Virus record (IMG/VR): IMGVR_UViG_3300008117_000123
Coordinates: 1-38,228 of that record
Source of the DNA: a virus
Lineage: Duplodnaviria; Caudoviricetes
DNA: 38,228 bases
Direction: 5' to 3' (one strand)
The notes under the pieces are model-generated. The model was not told where the DNA came from. It saw nothing but the letters and a program-made list of their open reading frames with translations, and made no database searches. This document shows, in pieces, positions 8,582 to 16,351 of this stretch. The position numbers were made by a program, and so were the translations under genes. The stretch's first letter is position 1. Every line of letters starts with the position of its first letter.

Positions 8582-8722
8582 ATGAATGCAAATACAAAAT
8601 TAGACATATGCAATACTTGTGAGAATTATAAAGTTAAAATAAAAATATGCACACAATGCCATTGTTATATGCCAATTAAAGTAAATTTACCTTTTGTAAA
8701 ATGCCCTATAGGAAAATGGTAA
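8582..8722 (+). CDS. 46-aa Cys-rich protein (DUF6171-like; not in ORF track)
   Basis: MNANTKLDICNTCENYKVKIKICTQCHCYMPIKVNLPFVKCPIGKW*, with CxxC...CxxCxC...CPxGKW. TAATG-coupled to the next gene. Confidence 0.75.
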   Translation: MNANTKLDICNTCENYKVKIKICTQCHCYMPIKVNLPFVKCPIGKW

Positions 8723-9381
8723 TGTTTAATTACTGCCCACCAAAAGTATTACAAGACCTACCATCAGAAACATTTCCTGATGGTAAACGGTTTTATAAAC
8801 TACCTGATGGTACAAAATTACCATCGGTCACCACAGTCATTGGTGCTCAAAAGAAACATATTTTTCAGGCATGGCGCAACAAAGTGGGTGAAGATGTTGC
8901 CAATGCCATTACCAAAAAAGCAACTTCTCGTGGTACAAATGTTCATACATTGTGTGAACGATATTTAAACAATGAATCATTAGGTAATATTATGCCCGAT
9001 GCACATGAAATGTTTTTATCAATCAAACCGCATTTAAATCGTATTAACAATATTCATTACCAAGAACAAGCATTATGGTCCACACAATTAAAGATGGCAG
9101 GCCGAGTGGATTGTATTGCTGAGTTCGATGGTGTGCTTTCGGTAATTGATTTTAAAACATCCAAAAAAATTAAGAGCCATGAGGACATTGAAGATTACTT
9201 CTGGCAAACATCTGCCTACGCCTTGATGTATGAGGAGTTGATTGGTCAACCTATCCATGATTTGGTTATCGTCATGGCCGTTGAGGATTCGAGTCCTATC
9301 GTATTCAAACAAAAGACCGAGGACCATATCACAGGCCTAGTCAATGCCATTTCATATTATGAGAAAAGTGGTAAATATTAA
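8722..9381 (+). CDS. PD-(D/E)xK exonuclease (Cas4/RecB-like, T4-like phage type)
   Basis: LPSVTTV...RGTNVH...AGRVDCIAEFDG.LSVIDFKTS...Q..AYA. Start reassigned to the coupled ATG at 8722. Confidence 0.85.
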   Translation: MFNYCPPKVLQDLPSETFPDGKRFYKLPDGTKLPSVTTVIGAQKKHIFQAWRNKVGEDVANAITKKATSRGTNVHTLCERYLNNESLGNIMPDAHEMFLSIKPHLNRINNIHYQEQALWSTQLKMAGRVDCIAEFDGVLSVIDFKTSKKIKSHEDIEDYFWQTSAYALMYEELIGQPIHDLVIVMAVEDSSPIVFKQKTEDHITGLVNAISYYEKSGKY

Positions 9382-9390
9382 TTAAGCTGG

Positions 9391-9419
9391 TTGCCTATAT
9401 AAGTATAAACACTTATAAT
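9391..9419 (+). promoter_or_regulatory. sigma70-type promoter
   Basis: TTGCCT-17 nt-TATAAT upstream of two small ORFs and the tmRNA. Confidence 0.6.
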
Positions 9420-9427
9420 AGGACACT

Positions 9428-9553
9428 ATGAACAAATATTGGAAAAAACTCTGCACTCCCGAGCAGAACGAAAGACAGTACGGGGCTTTAAAATTTTTGG
9501 CTGGTGGTTTAAGTTTTCTTTTTGTTATTTGGTTACTAGAAAGGATACTGTAA
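9428..9553 (+). CDS. 41-aa membrane peptide (not in ORF track)
   Basis: AGGA then ATG. MNKYWKKLCTPEQNERQYGALKFLAGGLSFLFVIWLLERIL*. Confidence 0.6.
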   Translation: MNKYWKKLCTPEQNERQYGALKFLAGGLSFLFVIWLLERIL

Positions 9554-9663
9554 TGCCTAACAAAGATTGTGTAAAAGAATATAAAGTAAGAAGTTTTGCT
9601 TTCTACATGGGCGCCTGTGCATTTGCTGTAGGTGTATTAACAATACTTTTTGTATTAAACTAA
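9553..9663 (+). CDS. 36-aa membrane peptide
   Basis: TAATG coupling and AAGGA upstream. MPNKDCVKEYKVRSFAFYMGACAFAVGVLTILFVLN*. Confidence 0.6.
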   Translation: MPNKDCVKEYKVRSFAFYMGACAFAVGVLTILFVLN

Positions 9664-9944
9664 TTCGTAGAAGTTGTTTGAAAGTTGTTGTGGACGTGGG
9701 TGCGATTCCCACCACCTCCACCAAAAGTATATTGACGAACCGAGTTTTCGGTAGCAAACACAAAAGTGGCAATATACTTCTGATGGGGGTGTTTTAGAAT
9801 CGACATGGCAATAATTAGAACAATGGAGAATCGCCAGAGAAGGCGTAATCACTAATTAAATTAAACGCAAACGATAAGTATGCACTTGCTGCCTAATAGG
9901 TAAGCGGAGTTTCGCCAGGTGAACTTAGCAACAGAATCACCTGG
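9664..9944 (+). ncRNA. ssrA: Circularly permuted (two-piece) tmRNA
   Basis: T-arm GTGGG-TGCGATT-CCCAC (9696-9712) and CACCTCC-A-CCA (9713-9723) come before the 5' acceptor strand GGGGGTG (9785-9791), giving a G3:U70 pair. Tag ORF GCA AAC GAT AAG TAT GCA CTT GCT GCC TAA = ANDKYALAA* (9867-9896). Outer boundaries are approximate. Confidence 0.92.
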
Positions 9945-10010
9945 ATAAATAAATCACCAGCATCACACAAACCGCTGGTAATACACATAAACACACACAA
10001 GGAGAAGTAA

Positions 10011-10289
10011 ATGAGTATGACACCTTATGAGATTCGGCTAGAACTCTTAAAAATGGCCAAAGATATGTTAACTGATGACTATCACACAAAACGTGATGCT
10101 CTACAACAGCAATGGCATACACAGGTCGATGCAGCTAAAATTGCTGGTACAACATCACCTGACTACCCCGCCTTACCGGCATTCCCCACAGAAGATGAAA
10201 TTGTAAAGAAAGCGGAAGCTCTCAATCAATTCGTTTCTCAAACCACTCCACAACCTGAAGTTAAAATAAAATCGAAAACAAATTCGTAA
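10011..10289 (+). CDS. Conserved phage hypothetical protein (TPYEIRLELLKMAKD)
   Basis: Strong AAGGAG RBS, 92-aa ORF. Confidence 0.8.
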   Translation: MSMTPYEIRLELLKMAKDMLTDDYHTKRDALQQQWHTQVDAAKIAGTTSPDYPALPAFPTEDEIVKKAEALNQFVSQTTPQPEVKIKSKTNS

Positions 10290-10342
10290 TTGGAGACCAA
10301 GGCGGTCAGATGTTTGGCCGCCGCAATCAATAAGGAAGAAAG

Positions 10343-10885
10343 ATGTTTAAATTTAACACACAGAAGTTTAACACATTAGCAGTAGTATTAGCAGTATTAA
10401 CAATAGTATATACAGCACCAACTCTATCGAGAGAGTTTATTACAAATGCAACACAGAAACAAGTATCGGTAGATTATCTAAAACAAATTGAATGCCTTGC
10501 TAAAAATATCTATTATGAATCTGCTGGTGAATCTTATGAAGGCAAATTAGCCGTAGCACAGGTCACAATGAATCGTGTTAATAGTGGCATTTTTCCACGA
10601 AATATATGTTCAGTTGTTTATCAGAAAACAACGGATCAAAATTTAAGAACCGTGTGTCAATTTTCATGGACTTGTATGGTCAAAGAAATGGTACACATTC
10701 ATGATCGGTATAGATGGGAAGAATCTCATTTAATTGCAAAAAGAGCATTGACAGTTTCAGTTTTACATGATAAAATAGCAGAAACAAACGCATTGTATTA
10801 CCATGCAGTTTATGTAAATCCTGGCTGGAATAAACAAAAGGTTGTAACGAAAATAGGTAATCATATATTTTACAGTAGAATTTAA
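10343..10885 (+). CDS. SleB/CwlJ-like cell wall hydrolase (Hydrolase_2) with N-terminal signal/anchor
   Basis: CLAKNIYYESAGE...AVAQVTMNRV...IC.VVYQ...CQFSW...YYHA.YVNPGW...IGNHIFY. Confidence 0.9.
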   Translation: MFKFNTQKFNTLAVVLAVLTIVYTAPTLSREFITNATQKQVSVDYLKQIECLAKNIYYESAGESYEGKLAVAQVTMNRVNSGIFPRNICSVVYQKTTDQNLRTVCQFSWTCMVKEMVHIHDRYRWEESHLIAKRALTVSVLHDKIAETNALYYHAVYVNPGWNKQKVVTKIGNHIFYSRI

Positions 10886-10888
10886 ATT

Positions 10889-11110
10889 ATGCCTAATCGT
10901 GAAGAAATTAAAAAATTTAGTATGATGATTGAAAATTTGGTGATAGAAAATCGTTTAGGTTATATGGACGCTATCTGCCACCATTGCAAAGAAACTGGTT
11001 TGGAAATTGAAGTGGCCGCAACATTAATCTCACCCGCACTTAAATCAAAGATTAAAGAAGAGGCTCAAGATAATAATATGTTGAAGAAAACATCCAGATT
11101 GCCAATTTAA
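10889..11110 (+). CDS. 33: Late transcription coactivator gp33
   Basis: F...IE..V......YMDAI...C....LEIE....LI...LK.KI..EA...N.L; sits upstream of 59 and 32. Confidence 0.85.
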   Translation: MPNREEIKKFSMMIENLVIENRLGYMDAICHHCKETGLEIEVAATLISPALKSKIKEEAQDNNMLKKTSRLPI

Positions 11111-11113
11111 ATT

Positions 11114-11719
11114 ATGACGGAGAATACCGGTTTTGCCGCATATGCTTTATGGAATGCTTTGAAGTTACATTTTACTTCCGAATCTTATGATTACTTTAGA
11201 TACAACGGAAAAACAAATGTATCTAAGCAAACATTTACTACCAACAAATCAAAATACCAATTCTATAAACTATCTCGTAAATATGATTTAGAAGAACTCA
11301 AGAACTTTTATATTGCCAATTTTATACAAGGCAAAGGTGATTGGGTAGGTGATTTACTTCAGGATGGTGACGAGAATTATACCAAGTGGCAAAAAACTCA
11401 ACAAAGCTTGACATATACCTTTGAAAATGATATAATTGTATTATTGGATAAGGTAGAAAATCCAAATGATTTATTAGTGGTAAGAAACAATGAATTTCCT
11501 AAGTTAATGCAGTATACTACACAAGGAGATATAACACTTGAAACACTTATCATTTTGAACGACCTGATGAATTTTTTCCCGATGTGGGAAAAAGAAATAT
11601 ATGATGATATTGTTTGGCCTAGTTTTAAAACTAAATGTGTGAAATATAAACCATTTCTACATTATGATAAAGAAAAGTTCAAACAAATTTTGAAAGAAAA
11701 GATTAAAGAATATGCATAA
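11114..11719 (+). CDS. 59: Helicase loader gp59
   Basis: ALKLHFT...YDYF.YNGK...F.KLSRKY...ITLETL..L; synteny 33-59-32. Confidence 0.88.
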   Translation: MTENTGFAAYALWNALKLHFTSESYDYFRYNGKTNVSKQTFTTNKSKYQFYKLSRKYDLEELKNFYIANFIQGKGDWVGDLLQDGDENYTKWQKTQQSLTYTFENDIIVLLDKVENPNDLLVVRNNEFPKLMQYTTQGDITLETLIILNDLMNFFPMWEKEIYDDIVWPSFKTKCVKYKPFLHYDKEKFKQILKEKIKEYA

Positions 11720-12197
11720 GATTACCAAGATTTACTTGGACATGGATGGTGTGATTGCCGATTTCAATAAACGATACAAGGAATTGTACAAAATTGAACC
11801 GAAAGAGGCCGACACCTATAAAACCTTTGACAAGTTCTTCACCATGTTCATTGCTGAAAGGCAGTTTGCTACATTGAACTTGATGCCTGATGCTATCGAG
11901 TTAATTAACTATCTCAGGTCATTAAAGGTACCAACAGAGATTCTTTCTTCCACTTCTTCTGAGAAACGGGATGCAGAGATTCGGGAACAAAAGATTGAAT
12001 GGTTGAATAACCAAAACATTGAGTTTCCTGTGAACTTGGTTCCAGGTAAAAGATTTAAGAGAGATTTTTCTAATTCGAATTCACTATTGATTGATGATAC
12101 ACCACAGAACATCGACCAATGGCGAGTTGAAGGTGGTATTGGTATACTTCACACGGACGCCATTACTACCATCGGTATTTTGAAGATGTACACTTGA
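11712..12197 (+). CDS. HAD-family 5'(3')-deoxyribonucleotidase-like protein
   Basis: IYLDMDGVIADF motif I, K..W, and LLIDD...W...GG.GILH. Confidence 0.8.
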   Translation: MHKITKIYLDMDGVIADFNKRYKELYKIEPKEADTYKTFDKFFTMFIAERQFATLNLMPDAIELINYLRSLKVPTEILSSTSSEKRDAEIREQKIEWLNNQNIEFPVNLVPGKRFKRDFSNSNSLLIDDTPQNIDQWRVEGGIGILHTDAITTIGILKMYT

Positions 12198-12222
12198 CAT
12201 TGGATAAATATTACTATATTAT
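12194..12222 (+). promoter_or_regulatory. sigma70-type promoter for gene 32, with embedded late-like ATAAATA
   Basis: TTGACA-17 nt-TATTAT; ATAAATA at 12204-12210. Confidence 0.65.
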
Positions 12223-12249
12223 GAGAAGTATGTGGACAAGTCGTTTTTA

Positions 12250-12275
12250 ATACACCGTTTATACACCGTTTATAC
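12250..12275 (+). repeat. Tandem 11-nt repeat ATACACCGTTT in the gene 32 leader
   Basis: ATACACCGTTT ATACACCGTTT ATAC directly before the GAAAGGAAG RBS. Confidence 0.8.
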
Positions 12276-12290
12276 GAAAGGAAGTAAATT

Positions 12291-13175
12291 ATGAGTTCAT
12301 TTGCGAACCTCAAACGCCAATCTGGCAACCTCGACAAACTATCTAAAGCAATCGAGGCACTTAATACCTCATCCGAAGGCAACGATAAATCAGATAACTA
12401 CTGGCGCCCAGCCGTAGATAAATCTGGCAATGGCATGGCAACGATTCGTTTCCTCCCAGCACCAGCAGTTGATGGTGATGATGCGTTACCATGGGTGAAG
12501 ATTTTCTCACACGGATTTCAAGGTCCAGGTGGATGGTTAATTGATAATTGTTTAACCACACTCAATCAACAATGTCCCGTTTGTGAACATAATTCCTCAT
12601 TATGGAATTCTGGTATTGAAGCAAATAAAGATATTGTCCGTAAGCAAAAACGTAAACTAAATTACATTGCAAACGTTTATATCGTATCTGATCCTTCAAA
12701 TAAAGAAAATGAAGGTAAAGTATTTTTGTTTAAGTTTGGCAAGAAGATTTTTGATAAGATTTCAGAAGCCATGAATCCACAATTTGAAGATGAACAAGCA
12801 ATTAACCCATTTGATATGTGGAAAGGTGCCAACTTTAAGTTAAAGATCCGTAAAGTTGAAGGTTATCAGAATTATGATAAATCTGAATTCGAATCGCCTG
12901 CTGCTTTGCTGAATGACGATGAAGAACTAGAGAAGATTTGGAAGTCTGAACACTCTCTACAGGAACTCTTAAAAGATGGTGAATTCAAGTCGTATGATGC
13001 TTTGAAGCAACGCTTAGATAAAGTTCTTGGTCTTAATGGTGAAGCACCACGCACAACTGTAGAACAAGCCAAAGCAAAGCCTGCACCTAAACCTGTTGCA
13101 GAAGATTCTCCATTTAAAGATGATTCTGAAGATGATGATATGGCATATTTTAGTAAACTTGCTGAAGAAAATTAA
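12291..13175 (+). CDS. 32: Single-stranded DNA-binding protein gp32
   Basis: DKSGNG.A.IRFLPAP, HGFQGPGGW.I.NC.TT...CPVCE, GKKIFDKI, GANFKLKIRKVEGY.NYD.SEF and an acidic tail. Confidence 0.96.
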   Translation: MSSFANLKRQSGNLDKLSKAIEALNTSSEGNDKSDNYWRPAVDKSGNGMATIRFLPAPAVDGDDALPWVKIFSHGFQGPGGWLIDNCLTTLNQQCPVCEHNSSLWNSGIEANKDIVRKQKRKLNYIANVYIVSDPSNKENEGKVFLFKFGKKIFDKISEAMNPQFEDEQAINPFDMWKGANFKLKIRKVEGYQNYDKSEFESPAALLNDDEELEKIWKSEHSLQELLKDGEFKSYDALKQRLDKVLGLNGEAPRTTVEQAKAKPAPKPVAEDSPFKDDSEDDDMAYFSKLAEEN

Positions 13176-13189
13176 TTTTCTTTTACTTA

Positions 13190-13219
13190 AAAGAAACCCA
13201 CCTTCATGGTGGGTTTTTT
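13190..13219. terminator. Bidirectional rho-independent terminator
   Basis: AAACCCACC-TTCAT-GGTGGGTTT with A/T tracts, between convergent genes. Confidence 0.85.
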
Positions 13220-13220
13220 A

Positions 13221-14588
13221 TTATACAACCCGTAAACTACTTAATAGCATTCTCTGAAAGGAATCTTCCATATTCCTCACAGAAGGTATAGGACCTTTTG
13301 GTTTTTGGCTCTTGGTTGAACTGATATTCGTATTGTTTGTAATCTGTGCAGTCGTAACCGATTCTGGTGTGCTTGGTAAATTCAATTCTAAATTTTCACT
13401 GGTTACGGCATTTAGTTTACTGGTTGTTTTTGGATTGGACATTTGTTCACTTGGTGTTGGTGTTTCTGTTGGTGTCACCGCTTGTGGTGTTGTGTCAACT
13501 GGTGTGGCAGTTTGATTTAATGTCAGAATTTCTTTCTTTACTCTATCTCTTTCCATTTTATAATCTTCAACAGCTTCTAGAGCACCGGGTCCCCTTTCGG
13601 CAAAACCTTTCAATTGAACGTTGTTTAATGGTTCACTTTCATTATAACTGAATTGATAATTTTTTATTTCTGCCATTGTTCTGTCATATTCAGGTAATTT
13701 TTTCTGACGATCCATTTCATCTTTAACGCCAGCTAAACCGCCAACTTTTTCTGCTTGATTCAGGCCTTTACTTAAATCAGAATCTGCGGCTTCATAACCA
13801 GAAGGATCTTTTAACATTTTCCAAAACGCCCATGCGGTAATTGCTCCGGCTGCAAGACCCATCAATCCTAATCCAAGAGGACTAATCAAAAAAGTACCTA
13901 ATTTTGCTAAAAGTTTTAAAGGTCCAAGTGGACCCAAACTAAATGCCGACAACACACCTTTAATCAGAGTGCTTATGCCATCAATAACTGACATAACACC
14001 TTTGATCGCATCACCAATCAAACCAGTTACTATTCCCAAAATAGTTGATAATAAACCAGAACCATTATCGGCCTTTGTTGCTGTTGCTGTAGTAGTTGAT
14101 GTTTGTTTTTTTCCTGTAATAGCTTCAATCAAAGCTTTGTGCCTTCTTTCTCTTTCTAATTCTTGTTCTTCTTTAAAATTGCCTTCTCTTGCTCTACGTT
14201 CAGTATCATTGTCGTTTGTTGTTTTTAGTAATGTGTATATCTTAGAAAGAATATCCATCACATTATTATCAGAATCCAACGTGTCTATTTTTGTGGCTGT
14301 AGCACCAACTTCTTTTGCTTTTTTGGTACCAGAAAAATATTGAATATCTTGTTGGGTTCTACCGAGCATGCTACCAAGTAAAGCAGGTGCAAATTTAGAA
14401 CCACCGGTCATAAACTTGGCAATATTTAATGGATCAAATTTCTCACTAAAACCTTTAGACCTTGCTTTAGATTTATCAGATAGTGTTGCTTTTATGGCTG
14501 AACCTACGCCTTGACCTTCCGACAATTTTTCAGTCAGATATGAAATATAAGATTTTTCTCTTATCTTTTTGGCTTCTTGATAGTTCAT
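13221..14588 (-). CDS. Tape-measure/baseplate-hub-like virion protein (paralogue B)
   Basis: Follows gp26/gp51 and paralogue A. Has a coiled segment and a Gly/Leu-rich hydrophobic region; N-terminus is paralogous to 14585-16159. Confidence 0.55.
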   Translation of the reverse strand: MNYQEAKKIREKSYISYLTEKLSEGQGVGSAIKATLSDKSKARSKGFSEKFDPLNIAKFMTGGSKFAPALLGSMLGRTQQDIQYFSGTKKAKEVGATATKIDTLDSDNNVMDILSKIYTLLKTTNDNDTERRAREGNFKEEQELERERRHKALIEAITGKKQTSTTTATATKADNGSGLLSTILGIVTGLIGDAIKGVMSVIDGISTLIKGVLSAFSLGPLGPLKLLAKLGTFLISPLGLGLMGLAAGAITAWAFWKMLKDPSGYEAADSDLSKGLNQAEKVGGLAGVKDEMDRQKKLPEYDRTMAEIKNYQFSYNESEPLNNVQLKGFAERGPGALEAVEDYKMERDRVKKEILTLNQTATPVDTTPQAVTPTETPTPSEQMSNPKTTSKLNAVTSENLELNLPSTPESVTTAQITNNTNISSTKSQKPKGPIPSVRNMEDSFQRMLLSSLRVV

Positions 14589-16159
14589 GTTGATCTAGCT
14601 TTCTTAATCAGAGGATTGGTATCATCCTCTTTTTCTGGCACATTACTGGCCGTTGTTTTATTACTTATATTGGTATTATTTACACTTTTACTGGTTGCTG
14701 GAGATTCCTGAAAAGATTTCTTTAATCCCATGTTCTCTTTTGTTTCTGAATCAATTTTATTACCTGACGATACAGGCGGAACAGCAGTAGATTTATTACC
14801 TTGCATATTTTTTAATCGGTCAGCGTCTAATGCGGCACCTACTTGTTCAGGAGAATTATGAGCTACGTTACCCCCAATACCAGAATAATATGAATCACCT
14901 TTTTTTAATTTTTTCTTGCCAACGTCCATATCATATGGTATACCAACAGAAGCAAACTCTTTAGCTAATTCTAATATTGCACCATCTCGGTCATCACTTC
15001 GACCTTTTACATATGCATCTACTTTTTTTCGATTTTGACCAATTAATCCATTAGCAAATAACATATCTTGTGTGGCTGGATCCAAATAAGTTGTTTCTGG
15101 ATCTATTTTTAATTTTTCAATTAAACCTTTCATAGTACCAGGAATTATTTGATATTTACCCACAGCAAAAAGTCTATCAGGATCACCTTGTTTTAATGCA
15201 CCTCGCCTCAAATATTCAGAGATGGTCATGTTACTAAAATCAATAGGCTTATCTGACGGAATCATTTTATTACCAACAGTACCTTTGTTGTACGCATTAT
15301 AACCGGCTTTGCCGCTTTCATATTTTGATATGTTGGCCGCAAGAGATTCTTTACCAACTAAAGCGGCAGTACCAGCAAGTGCACCGCCAACCAATATTGC
15401 AGCACCACCGATTTTGCCAGCAGTAGGTGGTTTAGGTGCTGTGGGTGTAGGTTTAGGTGCTGGTGCTGTGGGTGTAGGTTTAGGTGCTGGTGCTGTGGGT
15501 GTAGGTTTAGGTGCTGGTGCTGTGGGTGTAGGTTTAGGTGCAGATACAGTTGGCTTAGTTACTTCTTTTGGAGGTGTAACGGGTTCTCCTTTGGCTTTAT
15601 CTAACTGATCAGTTTTCTTTTTTTGTTTGCCGATCTCTTTACCGGCATCATCTAATTTTTTTGTTTGTTTTTTTGTTGGCTTAGCTTTTTTTCTGGTAGT
15701 CAACGCTTCAATGAGGGCCTGATTTCTACGATTTTCTTCAGATTCAATTTCTTCTTGTTGGTTTTCTCTTTGTTCTAATTCTAATTTTCTATCGTTTTCA
15801 ATTTTAACAAACAAATCATATATTTGACCAAGATATTGAACTACAGATCCAGAATCAACAGAAGAACTTTTTATTCCTTGATAATCTCGTGGCTTTTTGC
15901 CGGTAAAAAAACCAATATCTCGTTTACTTCTTCCTGTTAAAGCACCAAGAAAAGCAGGTGCAAATTTAGAACCACCAGTTACAACTCTGGCGATGTTTAG
16001 TGGATCAAAGCGTTGTTTAATGCCGGTAAAAGTTGCTTTTGTTCTATCAGAAATGGAACTTCCAATGGCAGCACCCGTGCCCATACCCGATGATAACCTT
16101 TCGGTCATCATAGACATTAAACCTTTTTTTCTGATGTCTTTGGCTTTAAAATAGTCCAT
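14585..16159 (-). CDS. Tape-measure/hub-like protein with lysozyme-like domain (paralogue A)
   Basis: ISKYESG..GYNAYN...MTISE...AVGKYQIIPGT...DPATQD...LAKEFAS resembles a lysozyme-fold muramidase. Pro/Thr-rich linker. Confidence 0.65.
   Translation of the reverse strand: MDYFKAKDIRKKGLMSMMTERLSSGMGTGAAIGSSISDRTKATFTGIKQRFDPLNIARVVTGGSKFAPAFLGALTGRSKRDIGFFTGKKPRDYQGIKSSSVDSGSVVQYLGQIYDLFVKIENDRKLELEQRENQQEEIESEENRRNQALIEALTTRKKAKPTKKQTKKLDDAGKEIGKQKKKTDQLDKAKGEPVTPPKEVTKPTVSAPKPTPTAPAPKPTPTAPAPKPTPTAPAPKPTPTAPKPPTAGKIGGAAILVGGALAGTAALVGKESLAANISKYESGKAGYNAYNKGTVGNKMIPSDKPIDFSNMTISEYLRRGALKQGDPDRLFAVGKYQIIPGTMKGLIEKLKIDPETTYLDPATQDMLFANGLIGQNRKKVDAYVKGRSDDRDGAILELAKEFASVGIPYDMDVGKKKLKKGDSYYSGIGGNVAHNSPEQVGAALDADRLKNMQGNKSTAVPPVSSGNKIDSETKENMGLKKSFQESPATSKSVNNTNISNKTTASNVPEKEDDTNPLIKKARST
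15429..15542 (-). repeat. 27-nt tandem repeat encoding APKPTPTAP
   Basis: About four copies of GGTTTAGGTGCTGGTGCTGTGGGTGTA on the + strand. Confidence 0.9.
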
Positions 16160-16351
16160 TTACTTTTTTCTTTGTCTTTCTCGTATCTTTTGGTTTTCTT
16201 CTTCAATATACGCAATCAACATAGAAACGTAAATGTCCCGTTCCCAAGGCATCATATTTTCAAGCTCTGACAAACTATACTTGTGGTGTTGTATCAATGA
16301 AAAGTTTGTCTTGTAATAATTACTCAGATTGTCATGACGAAAAATTAGCCG
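16160..16351 (-). CDS. 51: gp51-like baseplate hub assembly domain, probably reached by -1 frameshift from gp26 (not in ORF track)
   Basis: RLIFRHDNLSNYYKTNFSLIQHHKYSLSELENMMPWERDIYVSMLIAYIEEENQKIRERQRKK*. No ATG/GTG/TTG precedes the HDNL..YY.TNF block. Confidence 0.8.
   Translation of the reverse strand, partial: RLIFRHDNLSNYYKTNFSLIQHHKYSLSELENMMPWERDIYVSMLIAYIEEENQKIRERQRKK

Noticed and set aside
8722-9381. Cas4-like nuclease as evidence of a CRISPR system
   Set aside because: No repeat-spacer array or other cas genes are present, and this nuclease is common in T4-like phages.
9439-9552. TTG-started extension of the 9553-9663 ORF
   Set aside because: Better explained by two coupled ATG ORFs, each with an RBS.
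9690-9723. Possible tRNA-Ala
   Set aside because: No anticodon or D arm upstream. The matching 5' strand and a tag ORF lie downstream, so this is a permuted tmRNA.
9724-9790. Hammerhead ribozyme in the tmRNA intervening sequence
   Set aside because: It forms a three-way junction, but the CUGANGA and GAAA core elements are not correctly placed.
15309-15608. Plus-strand GAGAVGVGL-repeat ORF
   Set aside because: Antisense shadow of the APKPTPTAP repeat.
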